DNA of 64,000 bases from Scyliorhinus canicula (Eukaryota). Position numbers and translations under genes: made by a program. The notes below the pieces were generated by a model that saw nothing but the letters and a program-made list of their open reading frames with translations, was not told the DNA's origin and did no database searches. Location of the stretch: NCBI RefSeq assembly GCF_902713615.1, contig NC_052166.1, positions 1,984,001 to 2,048,000 of the forward strand, given 5' to 3'. Positions 1 to 13,058 of the stretch are shown here, piece by piece (within the stretch, counting starts at the first letter, position 1; every line of letters starts with the position of its first letter).

Positions 1-63
1 GCACACTGACCTAGCTGTTGAGGCAGGGCAGGGGGCCCGGGGTGGTGTTTTTTTATCCTTTCC

Positions 64-488
64 TGATGTGCAGGTAGTTGTATAGAGTCAGTAGTGTAGT
101 GATCTCTATGTGCATGTACATAAGGGGTTAATGTGTAATCAGTAGCACCAGATGATCACGAGAGGGCTGGGCCAACAGGGGTATAAAAGCAACCACATTG
201 TGCCTCTCTCTCTCTCTTTCTTTCGGATGTACTGTGACCAGTGCAGGAGTGTATAAGATTAGCTCAGATGGTTAGTGTAGATAAGCATAGTTACTGTATT
301 AAGATCTAGTTAACCTTATCACTAGTATCAATGTTAAAGTAAAGAACTCATGCAATTATTGTTATAGTTACCCAATAAATCTTTTGTTACTACTGGATGA
401 GTTCGAGTCTTCTTCATCGAGATTCAGAAGACCTCATCAGCAACCAAGGTTTGAGTAACACATATACTCTGTAGTATATCAAAATATA
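64..488 (+). mobile_element. Solo LTR-like element (degenerate ends)
   Basis: TATA (GTATAAAAG near 181) followed by AATAAA (near 374); layout resembles the LTR at 25926. No TSD could be resolved. Confidence 0.4.
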
Positions 489-571
489 ATAAGAAGCGTA
501 ATAAAAGAAGTAGAAATGGGGAACTCAGAATTTGGGACCCCCCCCCCCCCCCCCCCCCACAACGCATGGTG

Positions 572-1940
572 ATTTAAAAATATATATTTTTATTGGACAT
601 TTTTCACATTTTTCATACATACGATAAATACAAAAATACAAAAGCCAAACCTCAGCAACAGGTAACAAAACTAACAACCCACCTTCCCCGTCCCCTCCTC
701 CACCCTCCAACCCTCAATGCCCCTATCACCCCAAGCCTACCTTTCTTTTTCTTCCCCCCCCCAACCCCCCAAACAAAACAAAACTACCATAAACACCACA
801 GGAAATTGTGCAAGCCTGGAGAGCCGTTTCAATTCACGTTGAAGAAGTCAATAAACAGCTTTCACCTCAGGGTGACCCCTTTTTCACTTCAAGTATGGCG
901 AATTTAACTATTTCCAGGTGCAGAAATTCAGCCAGGTCACTCACCCACATCCTCACCTTTGGCGGCTCAATGTCCCGCCAACTCAACAAATTCCGTCTCC
1001 GCGCTATCACGGAGGCAAAGGCCAAAACATTGGCTTCTCTTCCGACACTCCGAATATCGCCACCTCTGGACTCAGAGCCAACCCTACTCCCAGAATTTTG
1101 ACACTACATCTAAAAACCCCTTCCAAAACCCCCTCAACCTCGGACACATCCAAAACATATGCACGTGATTCTTTGGACCCCTTACACACTGCCCACACCT
1201 ATTCTCCACCCCTAAAAGAAGCCATTCATCCTCGAGACCGTCATGTGGGCTCTGTGCACCACCTTAGATTGGATGAGACTTTAACTTCACACATGACGAG
1301 GAAGCAATTACCCTCCACAGGGTTTCCCACTTCATGGCCCACAAGTCCACCCCCAACTCTTCCACTTGCTACTGACCACAGGAGCACTCTCCCTACCCAT
1401 CAGCTCTTCATGTATATCCGCCACTTTCCCCTCCCCGATGTCATCCTCGGACAATAGCAACCGAGATGGAAGCTCCGGAAAGTACGGCGCCTCTTTTCTA
1501 CCAAAGTCTCTCACCTGCAGTTACCTAAACCTTTCTCCCTTAAGCAACTGATACATCTCCTCAAGCTTCTCCAGGCCTGCAAAATTTCCTCCCACAAACA
1601 AATCTCTGAAGTACTTTATCCCCACCTCCAGCCACCTTCAGAACCTGACATCTAGCCCCGCCAGTGCAAACCTATACTTGTCACATATCGATGCCACAGA
1701 GATTTGCCTTCCAGTCTGAAGTGTTGCCTCCACTGGTTCCAAACCCTCAAAACTGATACCACCAACGGGCTCACGGAGTATCGGACTGGCGAGAATGGAC
1801 AAGGCACCAACAACAGTGCCCTCAAACTGTTCCCCCTGCATAACACTGCCTCCACCTGCCCCCAGACCCACCCCTCCTCCACTGCCCATTTCCTAAATAT
1901 TGCGATGTTTGCTGCCCCGAAGTAATTCAACAGGCTCGGC
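572..1940 (-). mobile_element. 5'-truncated L1-like LINE (ORF2 C-terminal part + 3'UTR)
   Basis: Minus-strand fragments (AIFGVSEE, NYFGAANIA...WQPPL-type) parallel the 3' end of the adjacent L1; AATAAA near 590. Confidence 0.65.
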
Positions 1941-2269
1941 AAGGCGCAGGGTGTAGTTTTAACAGCATAATGTGTGTCTGGTGTGCTGAACTGGTTCCTA
2001 GCCCGGGGCCCAACCTGACCAGGTGGGGAGAAAAGTGAGGAGGCATGGTGGCAGTCAAGTCTAGGGTGGGTGGAGGTTGGTGGCCTCTTTCAGCAGGGAC
2101 AAGGGGTGGTGGAAGGCGGAGATCCTCCACTGAAGAGGCTGATGACCTCAGTGTAAGTAGCTGGTCCTGTGAGCTGAAGACCGATGTGTGTTTGTGTGGG
2201 GGGGGGGGAGATGGGAGTCGGAGTGGGGGGGTTGGGTGGGGGAGATTAGACTGATGTTGGGGAGGGGAC

Positions 2270-3198
2270 TTTTAAAATTTTTATTCAAATTTTCAACAAT
2301 TTTCAACAAAACACTCCAAACAGAAAAAGGAATAAAGCGCAAAACAAGCAAAAATTATACATGGGATTTCCAACAAAATACAATAACCCCCACTTAACAA
2401 ATAAACACGCCAGTAAGGAAAACGCCGCACTCTAATCCAAACAAAAAAGAAAAACCAACCACTCCATAGGTGCGTGATGGGCGTGATTCGCTGGGCTCCC
2501 CGAGCACCTCACACACCTGTCCTCGCCCCCATCATATGCGCCCTATGAACAACTTTAAACTGTATTAGGCAGAGCCTGGCACAAGAGGAGGAGGAATTAA
2601 CCCTACTCAGGGCATCAGCCCACAGATCCTCATCCAGCTCCTCCCCGAGCTCCTCCTCTCACTTGTCCTTTAACTTCTCCACCGGGGCCTCCTCCACTTC
2701 CTGCAGTTCCTGATACATCGCCGAGACCTTGCCTTCTCCAAACCATACGCCCAAAATCACCCTGTCCTGAATCCTTCGTGCTGGAAGCAGCAAAAATTCC
2801 CTCACCTCCGTCTCACAAATGCCCTCACTTGCATGTAGCTAAAAGCATTCCCGGGAGGTAATCCAAATTTCCCCTCTAGCGCCCCTAGGGTCACAAAAGT
2901 TTCATCAATGAATAGATTCCCCATTCTTTTAATCCCTGTCCGATGCCAGCTCAGAGACCCCCCATCCATCCTACCCGGAACAAACCTGTGGTTCTCTCGT
3001 ATCGGGGACCAGACCGAGGCCCCCACCTCGCCCCTATGTCGCTTCCACTGCCTCCAGATCTTCAGAGTCGCCGCCACCACCGGACTCGTGGTGTACCTTG
3101 TCGGTGGGAGCGGCAACGGTGCCGTCACCATCTCCCCCAGACTTGTACCCACACAAGCCTCTAGAGTCTTCCGCACCCCCCCCCCCCCTCACCTCCCC

Positions 3199-3233
<35 letters not shown>

Positions 3234-6200
3234 CCCCCTCTCCCTCCATTACCCATTTACGGATCATCGTCACATTAGCTGCCCAGTAATAGCCACATAG
3301 ATTTGGCAGCGCCAGCCCCCCTCTGTCCTTGCTACGCTCCAAAAACACCCTCTTCACCCTTGGGGTCATATTCGCCCATACGAATTCCATAATGCTCCTG
3401 CTTACCCGTTTAAAACAAGCCTTGGGGATTAGGATGGGCAGTCACTGGAGGACCGTCATCTTGACCGACTACACCCTACCCGCCAGGGAGAGTGGCAGCA
3501 TATCCCATCCCTTGAAATCCTCCTCCATCTGTTCCACCAACCGTGCCAAATTGAGCTTATGTAGGGCTCCCCCAGCTCCTAGCTACCTGAATCCCCGTAT
3601 CGAAAGCTCCTCTCCGCCCTCTTCAGCAGTAGCTCATCTAACCCCCTTCCCTAGTCCCCCGCATGCACCACAAAGAGCTCACTCTTCCCCACGTTGAGCT
3701 TATAACCCGACAAATCCCCAAACTCCCCAAGGATCAGCATAACCTCCACCATCCCCTCCACTGGGTCTGCAACATATAACATCAGGTCATCAGCATATAA
3801 CAACACCCGGTGTTCCTCCCCCCTGGACCAATCCCCTCCAGTTCCTAGACTCCCTCCATGCCATGGCCAGTGGCTCAATTGCCAGTGCAAACAACAAGGG
3901 GGACAAGGGACACGCCTGCCTTGTCCTGTGGTACAACCTAAAGTACTCCGTCCTCCGCCACACTCGCCACTGGGGCCCCATATAACAGCCTGACCCACCT
4001 TATGAACCCTTCCCCGATCCCAAACCTCCTAAGCACTTCCCAGAGATACTCCCACTCCACCCGGTCAAAGGCCTTCTCCCCGTCCATGGCCACCACTACC
4101 TCCGCTTCCCCCTCCACCGAGGGCATCATGATCACATTTAAGAGCCTCTTCACATTCGTGTTTAACTACCTGCCCTTCGCAAATCCTCATGGATCACTCC
4201 TGGGACACAGTCCTCAATCCTCATAGCCAGAACCTTTGCCAGTAACTTAGCATCTACATTGAGGAGCGAAATTGGCCTATACAATCCACATTGCAATGGA
4301 TCCTTGTCCCGCTTCAAAATCAGCCAGATCTGTGCCCGGGACATTGTTGGGGGCAAGGTCCCGTCCTCCCTCGCCTCATTAAAAGTTCTCACCAGCAACG
4401 AGCCCAGCAGGTCCACATACTTTCTGTAAAATTTAACCGGGAACCCATCCGGTCCCGGAGCCTTCCCCGCCTGTATGCTTCCCAATCCCTTAACTAGCTC
4501 CTCCAGCCCAATCGGCGCCCCCAAACCAGCCACCTGCTCCTCCTCCACCCTCGGGAACCTCAGTTGATCCAAGAATCGCCGCATCCCCTCCCCCCCCTCC
4601 GGGGGCTCAGACCTATACAGATCCCCATAGAAGTCCCTAAATACCTCGCTTATTTTCACCGCACTCTGCACCGTATTCCCCATTCTATCTCTAATTCCAC
4701 CAATTTCCCTCGCTGCATCCCTCTTACAAAGCTGATGTGCCAGCATCCGGCTCACCTTCTCCCCATACTCATATACCACCCCCTGCATTTTCCCCCACTG
4801 CGCCTCTGCTTTTCCCGTGGTCAATAGATCAAATTCTATTTGGAGGTTTTGTCGCTCCCTAAGCAGCCCCTTCCCGGGGGCCCCTGCATAGCTCCTGTTC
4901 ACCCTTAATATCTCCCCCACCAATCTCTCCCTCTCCCACCTCTCTCTCTTTTCCCTATGGGCCCTAATGGAAATTAGCTCTCCTCGAACCACACCTTCAA
5001 AGCCTCCCAAACTACCCCACCTGCACCACCCCATTATCGTTGGCCTCTATGTATCTTTGAATACACCCCCAGATCCTCCTGGCAACAGTCAACATCTGCC
5101 AACAGTCCCACATCGAGGCGCCATAACGGGCGCTGGTCCCTCTCTTTGCCAACTCCAGCTCCACCCAATGTGGAGCGTGGTCCGAGATGGCTATAGCCAA
5201 ATATTCCGTTCCCTCCACTTTCGGGATTAATGCCCTGCTCATTATAAAGAAATCTATCCGGGAATAGGCTTTATGGACGTGGGAGAAAAAAGAAAATTCT
5301 CTGGCCACCGGCCTGGCAAACCTCCACGGATCCACTCCCCCCATCTGGTCCATAAACCCCCTGGGAACCTTGGCTGCAGCCGGCCTCTTACCCGTCCTGG
5401 ACCTGGAACGGTCCAGTGCTGGGTCCAACACCGTGTTGTCGTCCCCCTCCATTATCAAGCTCCCTCTCTCCAGATCCGGAATCCGACTCAACATACGTTT
5501 CATAAATCCAACATCATCCCAATTCGGGCATAAAAGTTCACCAGTTCCACCCGTGTCCCCTATAGCCTACCACTCACCACCACGTATCGACCTCCATTAT
5601 CCGCCACAATATTCATCGCCTCAAACGTCACCCACTTCCCCACCAATATCGCAACCCCTCTGTTCTTCGCATCCAGTCCCGAGTGAAAGGCCTGCCCTAC
5701 CCATCCTTTTCTCTGCCTGACCTGATCTGCCACCTTCCAGTGTATCTCCTGAAGCATGACTACGTCTGCCTTCAGTCCCTTTAAGTGCGCGAACACCCGG
5801 GCCCTCTTGACCGGCCCATTCAGGCCTCTCACATTCCACGTTATCAGCCGGATCAGGGGCTACTCGCCGACTAGCCATCCCCTTTTTTAGGCCAGCCACG
5901 TGCCCGCGCTTCCCGCACCCTCCAGTCCCCCAGGCGGCAGACCCCCGCCCCGATTCCCTCTTCTACCTCCAGCTCCCCTTTGGGCAATACAGCAGCAACC
6001 CAGTTTCAACCCCCCCCCCCCCCCCCCCCCCCCCCCAGCCAGACCACCATCAGCTGACTCCTGCTGACCCCAGCTTCTCCCGCCATTCTAACAACCCCCC
6101 CAGTGTGGGAATCCCTGCCGATCACTATGCGCTCTTCTCCAGCACCTCCCTTCCCCCAGGCCCCGCCCCACTCTTCCTTAACGCGGGAAAAAGCCTGCGT

Positions 6201-7446
6201 TTCTCCTCCGAGCCGGCCCCGTCCCCAATGGCGCAGCTCCCTTTTCTGCGACCTCGGCCCAGCTCCATGACCCCGGGCCTCCAACCCCCCCCTCCATCAG
6301 TGGTGACCTGCCCCTACAGTACCGGCGCCCACACTCTCACACAGCCCCCACATCAGATCCACTCACCCCTTCCCATGTCCCCTCTTCCCAACCCAAAACC
6401 AGAAAAAGAACACCCCCTCAATATAGTAAACACCCCCTCACAACAAACCCTAAGTTCGAGTCTAACTTTTCAGTTTGAATAAAGGTCCACGCCTCATCTG
6501 GCGTCTCAAAATAATGGTGACGGTCCTGAAACGTGCCCCACAATCGTGCTGGCTGCAGCATTCCAAACTTCACCCCCTTCCGATGAAGAACTGCCTTGGC
6601 CCGATTAAAACCAGCCCTCTTCTTGGCCACCTCCGCACTCCAGCCCTGGTAGATAAGCATCTCAGAATTCTCCCACCTGCTGCTCTGTTATTTCTTCGCC
6701 CATCTCAGGACACACTCCCTGTCCATAAAGTGGTGGAATCTCACCACTACAGTCCTTGGTGGCTGGTTGACTTTGGGCCTCCTTGCCAGGACTCGATGAG
6801 CCCCATCCAGCTCCAGGGGCCTCGGGAAAGCTCCCGCGCCCATCAGCATGTTGAGCATTGTAACTACATATGTCCCAGCGTCAGACCCCTTCACTCCTTC
6901 AGGGAGACCCAGAATCTGAAGATTCTTCCTCCTCAACCTGTTTTCCAGATCCTCAAACTTCTTCTGCCACTTCTTGTGTAGCGCCTTGTGCGCTTCCACT
7001 TTCACTGCCAGGCCCAAAATCTCGTCCTCGTTCTCTGAGGCCTTCTGCCGCACCTCTCGAATCGCTGCCCCTTGGGCCTTCTGGGTCTCCACCAGCTTTT
7101 CTATCAACGCCTTCATTGGCGCCAGCATTTCTGCTCTCAGCTCCGCAAAGCAGTTTTTGAGGAACTTCTGCTGCTCCTGCGACCACTGCGCCCACGCTGC
7201 TTGATCTCCACATGCCGCCATCTTGCTTTTCCTCTCCCGCTCTCTCCGCTGCTCCAAAACCACTTTTTTGATCACTCCACTCCTGGTCCACTCCATACAG
7301 TGCTGGGGGAACCTTACTATCACCTTCCCACACTGGGAACCATCGTACAAGTGCCGCTGGGGCTCCTCAAAAGGGCCCAAAAGTCCGTTCTTGGTGGGAG
7401 CTGCCGAACGCGCGACCTAGTCAAGCATGGCCACAACCGGAAGTCT
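2270..7446 (-). mobile_element. Near full-length L1-like LINE with frameshifted ORF1 and ORF2
   Basis: ORF1 (RRKNLQILGLPEG, 6418-7380), APE endonuclease (NVRGLNGPVKR..LQE, SRIDFF, SDH), RT (KAPGPDG, RPISLLNVDAK, DGEKAFDRVEW, LYADD); 5' end GACTTCCGGT; AATAAA near 2280. Confidence 0.9.
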
Positions 7447-7900
7447 GGGGAGGGGACTTTCAAGGTGGAGGAGGAGGGTTTATGATGGTAGTTGCCCGAG
7501 GGCAGGCCATGGGAGGTGCAGGGCATGGGCCGCAGACTGGCCTAGGAGTGGTTATGGTCGATCGGCAAGGGAGGGGGGGGCAGGGTGCCCCCCCGACCAG
7601 GCTGGTCACGTGGAATGTTCGGGGACTGAATGGGCCAGTCAAAAGGGCTCGATTGTACGCGCACTTGAGGCAACTGAAGGCGGATATGGCCATGTTACAG
7701 GAGACGCATCTGAAGGTGGGGGATCAGATTAGGTTAAGGAAGGGATGGGTTGGGCATGTGTTCCATTCGGGGTTAGACTTAAAACGAGGGGGGTGGCAAT
7801 CCTGGTCAATAAGCGAGTGGCATTCGAGGTGGGGGAATATAGAGGCAGACCCAGAGGGGAGCTATATTATGGTTAGTGGGAAATTGGAGGGAATGGCTGT
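7447..7900 (+). mobile_element. L1-like APE endonuclease fragment, head-to-head with the preceding L1
   Basis: RLVTWNVRGLNGPVKRARLYAHLRQLKADMAMLQETHL in ORF 7482..7985. Confidence 0.8.
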
Positions 7901-7904
7901 GGGA

Positions 7905-9480
7905 GGGCCTGTACATAACTCCCATCAGGGTCTTTTTATCTGTGTGATTCCTCAACTCTACCCACAGAGATTCTGTGCCTTCTGATCTTATATTGCTCCT
8001 TGCTATCGATTTAACTTCATTCCTTACTAACAGTGCAACACCGCCCCCTTTACCCATCTGCCTGTCCTTTCGATAGGACATATAACCTTGGATATTTAGA
8101 TCTCAGCCCTGATCCCCTTTCAGCCACGTCTCTGTGATGCCCACAACATCGTTCTGTCCAATTTCAATGTCCGCAACAAGCTCATTTACCTTGTTCCGTA
8201 TACTGCGCGCATTAAGGTACAACACCCTCAATCCTGCATTGACCACCTCCCTTTTCACACTCTCTTCAGTCACTGTACCCTATACTGTGGCCCTTTTTGA
8301 TTTTTGACTATGACTTTGCTTTACACTTTCCCCCTGACTGCTTTTTGTTTCTTGCCCCGTTTTACTACCCTCCGACTTCGTGCATCAGTTCCCATCCAAC
8401 TGCCACATTAGTTTAAACCCTCCCCAACAGCACTAGCAAACACCCCCCCCCCCCCCCTAGGACATCAGTTCCAGTTCTGCCCAGGTGCGGACTGTCTGGT
8501 TTGTACTGGTCCCACCTCCCCCAGAACCGGTTCCAATGCCCCAGGAATTTGAATCCCTCCCTCTTGCACCATCTCTCGAGCCACGCATTCATCCTATCTA
8601 TCCTGACATTCCTACTCTGACTAGCTCGTGGCACCGTTAGCAATCCTGAGGTTACTACCTTTGAGGTCCTACTTTTTAGTTTAACTCCTAACTCCCTGAA
8701 TTCAGCTTGTAGGACCTCATCCTGTTTTTAAAACTATATTATTGGTGCCTATATTCACCATGACAGCTGGCTGTTCACCTTCCCCTCCCCCCCCCCCTCC
8801 CCAACCTCCCCCCCAGAATGTCCTGCAGCTGCTCCGAGACATCCTTGACCCTTGCACCAAGGAGGCAACATACCATCCTGGAGTCTCGATTGCATCCGCA
8901 GAACCGCCTGTCTATTCCCCTTAAGATCGAGTCCCCTATCACTATAGCCCTGCCATTCTTCTTCCTGCCCTGCTGTGCAGCAGACCCAGCCATGGTACCA
9001 TGAACCTGGCTGCTGCTGCCTTCCCCTGGTAAGCCATCTCCCTCAACATTATCCAAAGCGGTATATCTGTTTTGCAGGGAGATGACCTCAGGAGACACCT
9101 GCACTGCCTTCCTACTCTTGCTCTGTCTTTTGGTCACCCATTTTCTACCCCCCTCAGTAATTTTCACCTGCAGTGTGACCAACTCAGCGAATGTGCTATC
9201 CACGACCTCCTCAGCATCGCGGATGCTCCAAAGTGAGCCCATCCACAGCTCTAGAGCTGCCAAGCGGTCTAACAGGAGCTGCAGCTGGCCACACTTCTTG
9301 CACGCGAAGGAGCAAGGGTCAGTGGACGTGTCCCTGAGCTCCCACATCGCACACGAGGAGCATGACTCGGATCTCCTGCCATATCTTAAACCTTAGGTTA
9401 ACTTATACAACTACAATTCCAAAAGTCAAAAGAAAAATAAATAAATAAATAGACAAATTAAAAGAAAAACTACTTACCAG
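7905..9480 (-). mobile_element. CR1-clade LINE 5' part (ORF1 with zinc-finger and SGNH/GDSL esterase; start of ORF2 endonuclease)
   Basis: CKKC, AIVIGDSILRGIDRRFC, RMVCCLLGARVKDV, NAWLERWC; then YRKDR..GGGVALLV..ESLWVELR..GVMYRP. Confidence 0.85.
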
Positions 9481-9769
9481 TCAGAGTGCTGATTGGTTGA
9501 CAAGTGGACTCTGATTGGAGGAGGCATTGCCATGAAGAATGCAACATGGCACAGTTAACTGCCTAGCTTTGTTTATATTCAAACCAGGCAGGTTGACTCA
9601 GATTGGTCAAGGCATTGCCCTCAGGGAATGGCTGTTTCCTCCATTTGAAAAAGGTGTAATGTGTGCACATTTTCCTTTTCAGAAACTGGGTGAGATCCTC
9701 CGGCTATTCACGGCAGTAGGATTTTCTGATTCTGCCAATGGCTTATCCCGCCGCAGGTTTCCCAGGGAC

Positions 9770-10930
9770 ATAGAACCCTACAGTACAGAAAGAAGCCATT
9801 CAGCCCATCAAGTCTGCACCGATCCTCTGAAACCCCACCTAACCTGTAAATCTCTGGATACTAAGGGGCAATTTTTTTCATCATGGCCAATACACTAACC
9901 TGCACATTTTTGGACTGAGAGAGGAAACTGGAGCACCCGGATGAAACCCAAGCAGACAGGGGGAGAATGTGCAGACTCCACACAGGCAGTCATTGTAGCC
10001 ACCTGGGATGGCCACTTCCAGAATACAAAATGGATGCTCGCAATGACTGTAGTAACTATGGACAATGTTAAGAAAGCAAACAGGCACAGAGCCTGTATGC
10101 GTATTGAAGAAACAGCTCCCAGACAAGACTGAAACTGTAAGGCAATTAACATATTGATGGCCCATCTCCGGGAACAAAGGAAAGACACTCAAGCAACCGA
10201 TCTAGCTCCACTCACCCCGGAGCCAGTTCCCCAAACCGAAAGCGTAAACAAAGCCAGGCCAACGGTCACCTAGGACATGCCCAGCCATCAGGGCACCCAC
10301 CCCTTTATTGGTCAAGATCAATAAGAGTGATCAAGATATGGCCCAATTAATTGAGGCCAAGTTCAATGCCCGCCCAAAAGCGCACAAAGCCCCTTCGGGT
10401 ATAAGGAGCCCTCGAGAGAGAATCGCTCTCTTGGACTCGGCTCTCGAAGCGGAGAGACCCGTCCACCAGCTGCACCAGAAGCAGTAAGTCCAAGGTCAAC
10501 GCTCACCATCAGACGGACGACCTTAGCTGTTCTCCTGTTACACCTTCGCACCCAACAGCCTCAGATCCGAACAACGGCCATTGTTCCTCTGACTGAGTGG
10601 GCACCCGAAGCTAAGTATAGGCGTTAGCGTTAGAGATAGTATAGTTTGTAGTATTTTGTGCATGCGTAGATATTACTGTGTGTGTAAATAAATAGTATTG
10701 ACTTTGAACTAACTAACTGGTGTATTGGCTCTTTGATCAATATTCGGTTTTGAACCTTGTGGCGGTATCAAGAGATATCTGGCGACTCTAAAGCAAACAT
10801 AATTAGGATTAAGGAAGGTAACCATATTGACCGCCATACTTAGAACCAAATAAATATAGCAACATCATCCAAGGCCGGAATTGAACCCAGATCCCTGGCG
10901 CTGTGAGGCAGCAGTGCCAACCACAATGCC
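9770..10930 (-). mobile_element. HE1/V-SINE-like tRNA SINE interrupted by a solo LTR
   Basis: SINE halves 9770-9993 and 10865-10930 join across the LTR into the same sequence as the other SINE copies. Confidence 0.7.
9994..10864 (+). mobile_element. Solo LTR (871 bp)
   Basis: TG...CA termini, 4-bp TSD TCAT (9990-9993 / 10865-10868), TATA-like and AATAAA signals. Confidence 0.8.
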
Positions 10931-11113
10931 ACCCAGAGGGTGGATCAATGGTAAATCCATCTCATTGTCAGCGGCGGGACCAGAAGACCCTGCTGCCGGC
11001 CAATGGTAGGCCGTTTTCCGCTGCTGAAAAACACTCCATGCGGAGACCAGAGAATTTTGCTCACTGTCTTAATCTTGTCAAATGCAGTCCACAGTAATTA
11101 AAATCTAACATAC

Positions 11114-11395
11114 CCATTAACACAGTCATTGGTTCATCGAGACTCATATGATTTACTTGACAGCTGTAGGTGTCTCCATCCTCTGAATCGATCCTGATGT
11201 ACTTTAAGATGTTAAATGTCCAGTCCGCTTCAACCACTAATTGTGATGAATTAACCAGCCCAGGGAAAGGCCTCCCATTGATCAGGAAGGTGATGTCAAT
11301 TTCAAAAGGGTAGAAGTTCTCTGCGTAGCAAAACAGGATGTTCGACTGATGTGGGGCATAGTTTTCCTTAGTGTAGATGTGTACAAGGGGCTTTT
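11114..11395 (-). CDS. WA: MHC W-category alpha chain, exon 3 (alpha2, beta2-microglobulin-like Ig C1 domain)
   Basis: 282-bp phase1-phase1 exon (tatag| ... G|gtatgt). C1-set motifs NILFCYAENFYP and YSCQVNHMSL; beta2m-like VHIYT and QLVVEADWTF. Confidence 0.92.
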
Positions 11396-11611
11396 CTATA
11401 ACAGAAATAACAGTAAAAAACTGTAAGAACAACATGTACTCCTGTAACACTTGCACATAACATGTATTTTAAAAGAGTCTGGGGAAGATTCAGCAGTCGT
11501 ATTACTACATATATTTAATCATTTGTTAAAAATAGGTATATTTCCAGAGAATTGGCGGAAAGCTAATGTAATTCCTATTTTTAAGGATGGAGACAGAACA
11601 TTTCCAGGGAA

Positions 11612-11955
11612 TCCTAGAATTCCTACAGTGCAGAAGGAGGCAATTCGGCCATTTGAGTTTGCACCGACCCTCCAAAAGAGCACTTTACCCAGGACCAGTC
11701 CCTGACCACCCTGCTCTATCCCCACATCCTATCCTGCACATCCCTACTAAGGGTCAATTTAGCATGGCCAATCCACCTATTCCACCCTTCGCAATCGACA
11801 TCTTTGGACTGTGCGAGGAAACCGGGAAACCTGGAGGAAACCCACGCAGACACGGAGAGAAATACAACTTCACACTGACAGTCACCCAAGGCCGGAATCA
11901 AACCTGGGTCCCTAATGTTGTGAGCCAGCAGTGCTAACCACGGTGCCACCATGCC
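11612..11955 (-). mobile_element. HE1/V-SINE-like tRNA SINE
   Basis: Pol III A/B boxes on the minus strand, V-SINE-like core, CR1-like tail. Confidence 0.75.
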
Positions 11956-12473
11956 GTCCTCTAGATTAGTCAGTTTAACATCAGTGGTCGGAAAAATAAC
12001 AGTATCGTTCCGAAAGAAGAGAACAGAAAAAACTCCTGGAAATGAGAAATATAGAAATGAATGATCTGGATTTCAAAAGGAAAAATCTTGCTTGCGTTTC
12101 CGAGGTCACAGAGAGAGTAGACAATGGGAATGCAGTAGCTGTAATTCATCAGGACTTTCAAAACTAGGAGCAGGAGTCGGAAATTCTGCCCCTTGAGCCC
12201 ACTCCATCATTCAATGTGATCATGGCTAATCTGAAAGACGTTCAATAAAGTGCCCATGACAGACAAATGAATAAGGTCAGAGAATGTGGAGTCAGGCAAC
12301 AAGCGGCAGAATGGATTGATTACTGGTTTCAAAAAAGCAGAGATTGGGAGTAAAGGGTGGTTATTGAAAGTGGCTGATGTTCCACAAGAATCAGTACTGG
12401 GATCATTGCTGTTCACAATTTATAATCATGATTAAATCTTTGAAATCAAAATCACATTACATTTGCAAATCGC

Positions 12474-12800
12474 AGAATCATAGAATTTGCAGTGCAGAAG
12501 GAGGCCATTTGGCCCATCGAGTCTGTACTGGTCCTTGGAAAGAGCACGCACGCTGCCAACATATCCCCGTAACCCAGTAACCCCACCTGACGTTTTTGGA
12601 CACTAGGGGCAATTTAGCATGCCCAAACTACCTAACCTGCACATCATTGGCCTGTGGGAGGAAACTGGAGCACCCGGAGGAAACCCACGCAGGCACGGGG
12701 AGAACGTGCAGACTCCACACAGACTGTGACCCAAACCGGGAATCGAAGCTGGGACCCTGGCGCTGTGAAGCCACAATGCTAACCACTGTGCTACTGTGCT
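12474..12800 (-). mobile_element. HE1/V-SINE-like tRNA SINE
   Basis: Same family as 11612-11955. Confidence 0.75.
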
Positions 12801-12940
12801 ACTCTCAAATTGCGGTGGGATAGTCAATACTGTGGAGGATAGCAACAAATTACAGGAGGACATCAATAAACTTGTAGAGTGGGCAAATAATTGATAAATG
12901 GAGTTCAACAAAGATAAATGTAAGAATCACATTTTGATAT

Positions 12941-13058
12941 AAGCAAATTACCACGGACAGCTTTGACAAAGAGTCATCGGACTTGAAACGTTAGCTCTTT
13001 TCTCTCCCTTCAGATGCTGCCAGACCTGCTGAGATTTTCCAGCATTTTCTCTTTCGTT
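12941..13058 (+). mobile_element. Short Penelope-like terminal fragment with degenerate hammerhead motif
   Basis: Flanked by a 14-bp direct repeat TCACATTTTGATAT (12927-12940 / 13059-13072); contains TTGACAA-stem-GAAACGTT. Confidence 0.5.

Noticed and set aside
9994-10140. Hydrophobic minus-strand stretch ALCLFAFLTLSIVTTVIASIHFVFW as the missing WA TM exon
   Set aside because: It lies inside a TSD-flanked solo LTR, the good acceptors give the wrong phase, and it lacks the Gly pattern.
11114-11395. B2M (beta2-microglobulin) gene
   Set aside because: An in-phase alpha1 exon lies between the leader and this Ig exon, the domain lacks W95 and ends in a phase-1 donor, and a partner beta gene is head-to-head. 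This fits WA better.
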